24,000 bases of DNA. Origin: an uncultured Acidimicrobiales bacterium (GTDB lineage Bacteria > Actinomycetota > Acidimicrobiia > Acidimicrobiales > CAZWDB01). Made by a program: the position numbers and the translations under genes. The DNA is taken from the NCBI GenBank assembly GCA_964632885.1, contig CAZWDB010000001.1, positions 93,462-117,461 of the forward strand, written 5' to 3'. Positions 16,002-22,308 of this stretch are shown piece by piece. The first letter of the stretch is position 1. Each line of letters begins with the position of its first letter. A model generated the notes under the pieces. It was given only the letters and a program-made list of their open reading frames with translations, did no database searches and had not been told where the DNA came from.

Positions 16002-17823
16002 AGCCGGCGCGGGGTGCGGCGCGGCGGCGGTCGGACTCCTTCAGCCGCCGCTTCCGGATCCGGAGGTCGGTGGGGGTGATCTCGACGAGCTCGTCGTCAG
16101 CGATCAGCTCGATCGCGGATTCGATCGTGAGGACGCGGGGTGGCACCAGCTTGATTGCCTCGTCGGACGCGTGGGTCCGGATGTTGGTCTTCTGCTTCTC
16201 GCGGACGATGTTGACGACCATGTCGCCCGGGCGGCTGCTCTCGCCCACCACCATGCCCTCGTACACCTGCTGGCCGGGGCCGATCAGCATCTCACCCCGT
16301 TGCTGCAGGTTTCCCAGCGCGTACGACGTCGCAGTGCCGGTGCGGTCCGCGACGAGCGCGCCGCCCCGGCGATGAGGGAGGTCGCCGGCCCACGGGCCCC
16401 AGCCGCGATGGCGGGTGTGGAGGAGCGCGGTGCCACGCGTCGCGGTGATGGCCTGAGACCGGAACCCGAGCAGCCCGCGCGCGGGTGCTTCGAAGCTCAG
16501 GATCGTGCGACCGTGATCGCCCGGCCTCACGTCATGCACCACGCCCTTGCGCGGCGCGAGCGCCTGAGTGATCGTGCCGGCAAACTCGTCGGGGACGTCG
16601 ACGATGCCTTCCTCGATGGGCTCGTGCCGCCGCCCGTCGACCTCGCGCGTGACGACCTCCGGCCGGCTCACCTCGAGCTCGTATCCTTCCCGCCGCATCG
16701 ACTCGATCAGGACCGCCAGCTGGAGCTCACCCCGGCCGGTCACCTGTAGGACGTCGGCGGAGGAAGTGTCGTCGACCCGGATCGCGACATTGCCAAGCAC
16801 CTCGCGGGCCAGACGCTCGCGAAGGTGCCGAGATGTGAGGAACTTGCCGTCGCGTCCCGCTAGGGGTGACGTGTTGACGCCGAAGGTCATGCGGAGCACC
16901 GGCTCGTCGACAGTAAGACGGGGGAGCGGATCGGGATCGGCTGGGTCGGCCACTGTGTCGCCGATCTGCACTTCCGGGAACCCGGCGAGGACGAACAGGT
17001 CGCCCGCCTGGATCGTGTCGGCTTCGCGCCGGCCGAGGCCGTCGATCGCAAGCAACTGGGCGGGACGTCGAGTGACCCCCGCACCGTCCGCGTGCACGAG
17101 CGTCACGGCGTCAGCAGCACGGAGCGTGCCTCGCACGACTCGGCCGATGGCGAGACGTCCGAAGTAGTTCGAGGCGTCGAGGTTCGTCACGAGCGCCTGG
17201 AGCGGCGCCTGACTGTCGCCGATCGGCGCCGGCACCGTACGGAGAACCGCGTCGAGCAAGGGCGCGAGGTCGGCGTCGGCGGCTGGCATGCCGACGCCGT
17301 CCATGGCCCTGCCTTCCCTCGCGATGGTGGAGACGACCGGGAACTCGATGTGGCGGTCGGCGACCTCGAGGTCGAGGAAGAGCTGGTAGAGCTCGTCGAG
17401 CACAGCGTGGGGACGGGCGTCGGCACGGTCGACCTTGTTGAGTACGACGACGGCGGGGAGGTCCGCAGCCACCGCCTTCGAAAGCACGTAGCGGGTCTGG
17501 GGAAGCGGTCCCTCGGCGGCGTCGACCAAAAGCAGCACACCGTCGACCATCGCCAAGGCCCGCTCCACCTCGCCACCGAAGTCGGCGTGGCCGGGAGTGT
17601 CGACGAGGTTGATGGTGATGCCCCGCCAGGGGACAGAGGCCGCCTTGGCCAGGATGGTGATGCCCCGTTCCCGCTCCTGGTCGTTCGAGTCGAGAACGCG
17701 ATCGACGGCCTGCTGGTTGCGTTGCAGCACGCCTGTCTGGCGGAGTATGGCGTCGACGAGCGTGGTCTTACCATGGTCGACGTGCGCCACGAGGGCGACG
17801 TTTCGGAGGGGGGCGGCATCCAT
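16000..17823 (-). CDS. typA: Translational GTPase TypA/BipA
   Basis: RNVALVAHVDHGKTTLVD (G1), DTPGHADFGGEV (G3), LNKVDR (G4) and colinear EF-G-like domains with the BipA C-terminus. I prefer ATG 17823 (MDAAPLRNVALVAHVDHGKTT). The ORF-track start 17874 lies inside palindrome copy 3. Confidence 0.95.
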   Translation of the reverse strand: MDAAPLRNVALVAHVDHGKTTLVDAILRQTGVLQRNQQAVDRVLDSNDQERERGITILAKAASVPWRGITINLVDTPGHADFGGEVERALAMVDGVLLLVDAAEGPLPQTRYVLSKAVAADLPAVVVLNKVDRADARPHAVLDELYQLFLDLEVADRHIEFPVVSTIAREGRAMDGVGMPAADADLAPLLDAVLRTVPAPIGDSQAPLQALVTNLDASNYFGRLAIGRVVRGTLRAADAVTLVHADGAGVTRRPAQLLAIDGLGRREADTIQAGDLFVLAGFPEVQIGDTVADPADPDPLPRLTVDEPVLRMTFGVNTSPLAGRDGKFLTSRHLRERLAREVLGNVAIRVDDTSSADVLQVTGRGELQLAVLIESMRREGYELEVSRPEVVTREVDGRRHEPIEEGIVDVPDEFAGTITQALAPRKGVVHDVRPGDHGRTILSFEAPARGLLGFRSQAITATRGTALLHTRHRGWGPWAGDLPHRRGGALVADRTGTATSYALGNLQQRGEMLIGPGQQVYEGMVVGESSRPGDMVVNIVREKQKTNIRTHASDEAIKLVPPRVLTIESAIELIADDELVEITPTDLRIRKRRLKESDRRRAAPRAG

Positions 17824-17859
17824 AGGGGGGTTCCGCAGCGTACAACGCGCGTGCCCTAC

Positions 17860-17912
17860 CCGAACTTGAGGCAATAACGATCGGAATCCGATCGTTATTG
17901 CCTCAAGTTCGG
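17860..17912. repeat. Palindromic intergenic element, copy 3 (49-bp core 17862-17910, central A; stem extended by CC/GG to 53 bp)
   Basis: CC-GAACTTGAGGCAATAACGATCGGA-A-TCCGATCGTTATTGCCTCAAGTTC-GG. All 48 stem positions match copies 1 and 2. It contains the stop codon of gene 17903..18925. Confidence 0.9.
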
Positions 17913-18925
17913 TCGAGTCGGTGGTGGAAGGGCAACGCTCCTGACAGTTGCGGCGAGGCTGCCAGCTGCCGAGAGAGACGGTGCGACAGGCGTTCCGACG
18001 CGGGTTCGCCCAGGTGGGTGTAGTCGAGGAAGTCCGCGTTGCTGAAGCCGTCGCTGACGTCGAGGAAGTCGGCGTCGAAATCGGCGGCGAGCTGGCGGGC
18101 CTTCTGGCGTGCGAGCACCTCCATCCCCGGGTGGGGCAGGAGCTCGAGGAGTCGATCCGGGACGGGGAGCCAGGCGATCACGACCGTGATGCCGCGATCC
18201 TGGAGCTCCTCGATCGTCCGCCGGGCACTCGCCACCATCGTTCCGCCGACGTCGAAGTCGGAGACCACCTGGGCGCGCACGCGGCGTCGCTCGGCTTCTG
18301 TCGGGGTGCGGTCCGCTGGCTGGCGCTGCCCGTCGTGCCGGATTACCGAGCGGATCGCCTCCATCTTGGTGCGGTTCGCCCATGCGTCCGGATCGACGAG
18401 TTGACGCCGGTAGCGGAAGATGCCGGAGCGTTTGGCCAACCAGCGTTCCGCCTCGGCGAGGCGACCCGGTCGAGTGGCGTGGGCGGACTCATAGGAGTCG
18501 ACCACGCTGAGGTCGCGACCGTCGTTGAGGTCGAGCACCGACATTCCCCACACGACTACGTCGGCTTCGACGTTGTCGAGCACGGGGTCGAGCAGCCAGC
18601 GTTCCTGAATCGGTGGGACACCGGCCGGGACGGCTGCGTTGTAGCTCTTGGTGCCCAAAGTCTCGTCGATCACCCGCGGTCCGATGGCGTAATAGCTCTG
18701 CGAGGTTCCCGTGAAGAGGATGTCGAGCTCGGTGCCCTTCATGCCGCGCAGCTGTTCGGCCTTGGCCTGCGCGATGTCGTGGTACCAGTTGCGGGGCTCG
18801 GGGAGCAGCGCGCCGAACAGGCGGACGGCGATCTCCGCGACGAGCAACACCGCGACGAAGCCCGCGGTCATGCGCCTGATGGGGCGCGGTATTGACGAGA
18901 GCCGGTCGACGGCGAGTGCAGTCAT
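17903..18925 (-). CDS. Membrane-anchored SGNH/DltD-like partner of the MBOAT acyltransferase
   Basis: 340 aa. N-terminal anchor MTAGFVAVLLVAEIAVRLFGALL. Candidate block I ILFTGTSQSYY and C-terminal DxxH (DFLDYTHLG). The ATG overlaps the MBOAT stop by 1 nt (TGATG). Assignment rests on weak motifs plus context. Confidence 0.5.
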   Translation of the reverse strand: MTALAVDRLSSIPRPIRRMTAGFVAVLLVAEIAVRLFGALLPEPRNWYHDIAQAKAEQLRGMKGTELDILFTGTSQSYYAIGPRVIDETLGTKSYNAAVPAGVPPIQERWLLDPVLDNVEADVVVWGMSVLDLNDGRDLSVVDSYESAHATRPGRLAEAERWLAKRSGIFRYRRQLVDPDAWANRTKMEAIRSVIRHDGQRQPADRTPTEAERRRVRAQVVSDFDVGGTMVASARRTIEELQDRGITVVIAWLPVPDRLLELLPHPGMEVLARQKARQLAADFDADFLDVSDGFSNADFLDYTHLGEPASERLSHRLSRQLAASPQLSGALPFHHRLDRT

Positions 18926-20346
18926 CAGAACTGGAAGTAGAAGAAGGGTTCGGGGGCGGCGCCACTGAACAGGACGAGAAGTGTCACCGCACTGCCGGCC
19001 ATCGCCCCGGTGAAGGCCGGGACGTTCTGGGGAGCGCGAACCATTGTTGGACGCGTGCGGTGCACAAGGTCGATGCCGAAGAGCATCAGGGCGGCGACCG
19101 TGACGACGACCAGGTCAGCGGCCGCCTGGAAGTCGAGGCCCCACGATCCGGTGACGAGCTTGCTGAACACCCCCCCGGCGTTGCCGAGCGTGCCGGCGCG
19201 GAAGACGACGAGAGCGAGACAGTGGATCGCGAAGGTACGGAGGATCAGCGGCCACTCGCGGGCGCGTGGCAGACCGCCCTCCGTACCGTCATACACGGTC
19301 GCTCCCCGAAGACGCTCGCCCGCAAGGATCAGCCCGTGGATCAGACCCCATAGAACAAAGTTCCATCCCGCGCCGTGCCAGAGGCCGCCGAGCGTCATCG
19401 TGATGATCAAGTTGCGGTAGGTGCGGGCGTTACCGTGGCGGTTCCCGCCGAGGGAGATGTACACGTACTCCCGCAACCAGTCGGAGAGCGAGATGTGCCA
19501 GCGGCGCCAGAACTCGGTGACGTTGCGCGCCAGGTGGGGTTGACGGAAGTTGACCACCAGCTCGATTCCGAGCAGTCGAGACGTGCCTCGGGCGATGTCG
19601 GTGTAGCCGGAGAAGTCGCCGTACACCTGGAGAGCGAAGCCGACGACTGCAACGGCCACCGGAACGAAGCCCAAATCGGCGGCGCCGCCATAGCCGCGGT
19701 CGACGATCGGAGCGACGGTGTCGGCGATCACCACCTTCTTGACGAGGCCCATCAGTACCAACGTGATCGCCGACATCACCTGCTCCGTCCGAACCCGGGG
19801 CCGGGGAGCCCGCAGTTGGGGAAGCAGGTGTGTCGCCCGTTCGATGGGACCGGCGACGAGTTGGGGGAAGTAGGCGACGTAGAGGGCGAACGTCGTCAGG
19901 TCACGCTCGGGGTCGAGGCGGCCGCGGTAGACGTCGACGGTGTAGGAGATCGTCTGGAAGGTGTAGAAGCTGATGCCGACCGGCAAGATCACTTCGAGCA
20001 GTGGCGGGTTCGGGGCGAGCCCGAAACGCTCGAGGAAGACGCCGGCCGAGGCCACGAAGAATCCGGCGTACTTGAAGAAGCCCAGGATCCCGAGATTCAC
20101 CGCGATGCTGGTGAACAACAGTTGCCGGCGTTGGCGCTCTCTCGTTTCGACGCCCAGCCGCCGCCCGACCACGAAGTCGACCGCGGTCGAGAGCCAGATC
20201 AGGCCGAGGAAACGCCAGTCCCATCCCGCGTAGAAGAAATAGGACGCGACAAGGAGCAGCCGCTGTTGGGTGCGATGACCGCACCGCCAGTACAGCGCCA
20301 GCACTGTGGGAAGGAAGATCGCGAACGCGAGGGAGTTGAAGAGCAT
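18925..20346 (-). CDS. MBOAT-family O-acyltransferase (AlgI/DltB-like)
   Basis: 473 aa, polytopic. MLFNSLAFAIFLP..., GISFYTFQTISYTVDVYRG, YFPQLVAGPIER, FWRRWHISLSDWLREYVYI.LGGNR (conserved His) and LGGLWHGAGWNFVLWG. Confidence 0.9.
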   Translation of the reverse strand: MLFNSLAFAIFLPTVLALYWRCGHRTQQRLLLVASYFFYAGWDWRFLGLIWLSTAVDFVVGRRLGVETRERQRRQLLFTSIAVNLGILGFFKYAGFFVASAGVFLERFGLAPNPPLLEVILPVGISFYTFQTISYTVDVYRGRLDPERDLTTFALYVAYFPQLVAGPIERATHLLPQLRAPRPRVRTEQVMSAITLVLMGLVKKVVIADTVAPIVDRGYGGAADLGFVPVAVAVVGFALQVYGDFSGYTDIARGTSRLLGIELVVNFRQPHLARNVTEFWRRWHISLSDWLREYVYISLGGNRHGNARTYRNLIITMTLGGLWHGAGWNFVLWGLIHGLILAGERLRGATVYDGTEGGLPRAREWPLILRTFAIHCLALVVFRAGTLGNAGGVFSKLVTGSWGLDFQAAADLVVVTVAALMLFGIDLVHRTRPTMVRAPQNVPAFTGAMAGSAVTLLVLFSGAAPEPFFYFQF

Positions 20347-20454
20347 CAGGGAGACCTGTGTTCACCCTGCCGGGGGCGTGGCGCTCTTACCCTACGATCG
20401 GCCAGTCGAACCGCCGTGCCTTTACACGGCAAAGTCCGCGGGAGGGAGCAAGGG

Positions 20455-20970
20455 GTGCCGGTAAGGGCTGTCGGAGGGCGAACGCCGCGGATCGCGGAGT
20501 CCGCATGGGTGAGCGAGGGCGCCTACGTCGTCGGTGACGTGGAGCTGGGGGAGGGGTCGAGCGTGTGGCCCGGCGCGGTGATCCGGGGCGACTTTGCGTC
20601 GATAACGATCGGGTCCAACACCCACGTCGAGGACAACGTGGTGATCCACTGCGGTGAAGACATGACGATCGGCGACAACGTAACGATCGGTCACGGGGTC
20701 GTCGTGCACGGGAGGCGGGTCGGGAACAACTGCCTTCTGGGAAACAACTCGACGATCCTCGACCGGTCTGAGATCGGCGATGCATGCATCGTCGGGGCGG
20801 GCGCGCTGCTACTCGGCGACACGGTCGTGCCCGACGGTTCTTTCGTTGTCGGCGTGCCAGCCACCGTGCGGCCGGGACGGCCCGACCAGGCCGAGCGGAT
20901 GCGCCGCCGAGGTAGGTCCGAAGGTGGGTACGCCTCAATGATGAAGCTCTATAAGAGCGAGGGCCTGTAG
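20455..20970 (+). CDS. Gamma-carbonic-anhydrase-like left-handed beta-helix (hexapeptide repeat) protein
   Basis: 171 aa from GTG 20455 (SD GGGAGGGAG upstream). AWVSEGAYVVGDVELGEGSSVWPGAVIRGD...ITIGSNTHVEDNVVIH...IGDNVTIGHGVVVHG..VGNNCLIG matches the YrdA/PaaY-like pattern. The upstream 1 kb of ORF-track entry 19375..20970 is antisense to the MBOAT gene. Confidence 0.8.
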   Translation: MPVRAVGGRTPRIAESAWVSEGAYVVGDVELGEGSSVWPGAVIRGDFASITIGSNTHVEDNVVIHCGEDMTIGDNVTIGHGVVVHGRRVGNNCLLGNNSTILDRSEIGDACIVGAGALLLGDTVVPDGSFVVGVPATVRPGRPDQAERMRRRGRSEGGYASMMKLYKSEGL

Positions 20971-20999
20971 CCATCGATGAGGACCGAGCCGTCGACGCG

Positions 21000-21806
21000 G
21001 TGCCGATCGATGATCCTGACGACCCCCGCCTCGTCGATTACCGCGATCTGACCGACGCCGAACTGCGGGCGCGCCGCGAGGCGGACGAGGGCCTGTTCGT
21101 TGCGGAAGGGGTTCACGTGATTCGCCGCCTGGTGCGATCGGCCTATCCGGTGCGTTCCGTGCTGGCGGCACCGCGCAAGCTCGAGGCCATGCGTGACGAT
21201 CTGGCAGGACTCACGGCCCCCGTCTACGTCGCGAGTCAGCACGTGTTGAACGGGGTCGTCGGCTTCAACATCCACCGCGGCGCGGTGGCGGTCGCCGGTC
21301 GTCTGGCGCCTCAGCGGGCGGAGGCTGTGGCGGCGGACGCGGCGCGGGTCGTGGTGGTCGAGGGGATGACCGATCAGGAGAACCTCGGCCTCATCTTCCG
21401 CAACGCGGCCGCACTCGGCATCGATGCGGTGCTGCTCTGCCCGCATACCTGCGATCCGCTCTACCGCCGGACGGTGCGGGTGTCTATGGGTCATGTCCTG
21501 GCCACGCCGCACGCACGGTTTGTCCGCTGGCCCGACGGTCTCGACGACCTGACCGCGTCGGGGTTCAAGACGGTCGCCCTGACCCCGGACCCGAGCGCGG
21601 TCGCCCTCGACGCCGTCGACCCACGCCCAACGGACAAGGTCGCCTTATTGGTCGGCGCCGAGGGTCCCGGCCTGACGCCGGGCGCGATGGCCCGGGCCGA
21701 CGTCCGCGTCCGCATCCCGATGGCTGCGGGCGTCGACTCCCTCAACGTCGCCGCCGCGGCCGCGATCGCCTTCCACCACTTCCGCCCGCCGAACTTGAGG
21801 CAATAA
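21000..21806 (+). CDS. TrmH/SpoU-family RNA 2'-O-methyltransferase
   Basis: 268 aa. GLFVAEGVHVIRRL, NLGLIFRNAAALGIDAVLL, LLVGAEGPGLT and IPMAAGVDSLNVAAAAAIAFHH (SPOUT knot motifs). The last four codons and the stop (NLRQ*) are supplied by palindrome copy 4. Confidence 0.85.
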   Translation: MPIDDPDDPRLVDYRDLTDAELRARREADEGLFVAEGVHVIRRLVRSAYPVRSVLAAPRKLEAMRDDLAGLTAPVYVASQHVLNGVVGFNIHRGAVAVAGRLAPQRAEAVAADAARVVVVEGMTDQENLGLIFRNAAALGIDAVLLCPHTCDPLYRRTVRVSMGHVLATPHARFVRWPDGLDDLTASGFKTVALTPDPSAVALDAVDPRPTDKVALLVGAEGPGLTPGAMARADVRVRIPMAAGVDSLNVAAAAAIAFHHFRPPNLRQ

Positions 21807-21841
21807 CGCACGGATTCCGCGCGTTATTGCCTCAACTTCGG
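21789..21841. repeat. Palindromic intergenic element, copy 4 (diverged variant)
   Basis: CC-GAACTTGAGGCAATAACGCACGGA-T-TCCGCGCGTTATTGCCTCAACTTC-GG. It has five substitutions relative to copies 1-3 and contains the stop codons of both convergent flanking genes (TAA 21804-21806 on +; TGA on - at 21832-21834). Confidence 0.8.
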
Positions 21842-22287
21842 TTGAGGTGCTGGTTGAGGCGGCCCCCGGCGCGGCGGATCTCCTGGCGGAGGATGCGGTC
21901 GAGGCCGGGCAGCCACCCGGATCCCCCGTAGTGCAGGTCCATACGAACCCGGCAGGTGCCGGCAGCATCGCTGGAGTCGTGGTCGATCGCGGCGCTCAGA
22001 GTCCAGGGACTGTGCGATTCGCCGTCGTGCTCCCGTCGCTCGAAGCGCACGCGGACGTCGGGTTCGTGGATCGTCCTCACCATCCTGACCCGTTTTGTGC
22101 GGCGGACCGGGCCGAGGCGCGCGCCGAGGTCGACGAACCACGCCGGCCCCGCGTCGTCTTGATGGGCGGTGGCCGACGAGACCTCGACCACGATGCCGAG
22201 CCACGCCGGGTAGGTGCCGAGATCAGCGATTACCGCAAAGGCGCGGTCGGCGGGGTGCTTGAGGTCGGCGCGCCCGTAGAGGTCCAC
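21832..22287 (-). CDS. SRPBCC-family (polyketide cyclase/dehydrase-like) protein
   Basis: 151 aa. ADRAFAVIADLGTYPAWLGIV...W.VDLGARLGP..R.KRVRMVR matches the small SRPBCC ligand-binding pattern. Confidence 0.65.
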   Translation of the reverse strand: MDLYGRADLKHPADRAFAVIADLGTYPAWLGIVVEVSSATAHQDDAGPAWFVDLGARLGPVRRTKRVRMVRTIHEPDVRVRFERREHDGESHSPWTLSAAIDHDSSDAAGTCRVRMDLHYGGSGWLPGLDRILRQEIRRAGGRLNQHLNRS

Positions 22288-22308
22288 GTGTTGAGTTGAC
22301 GCCGACGG

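Noticed and set aside
17824-17874. N-terminal extension of typA to the ORF-track start at 17874
   Set aside because: The extension (MPQVRVGHARCTLRNPP) starts inside palindrome copy 3 and has no counterpart in TypA/BipA proteins. Those begin a few residues before the AHVDHGKTT G1 motif, so ATG 17823 fits.
19375-20454. First roughly 360 codons of the 531-aa + strand ORF 19375..20970
   Set aside because: This part is antisense to the MBOAT gene and has no motifs. Only the last 171 codons, from GTG 20455 with a good SD, form the hexapeptide-repeat gamma-CA-like protein.
15475-21839. Reading the four repeats as a CRISPR array
   Set aside because: Centre-to-centre spacing is irregular (478, 1909 and 3929 bp). 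The 'spacers' are conserved housekeeping genes. The repeats are long perfect palindromes, and no cas genes are present.
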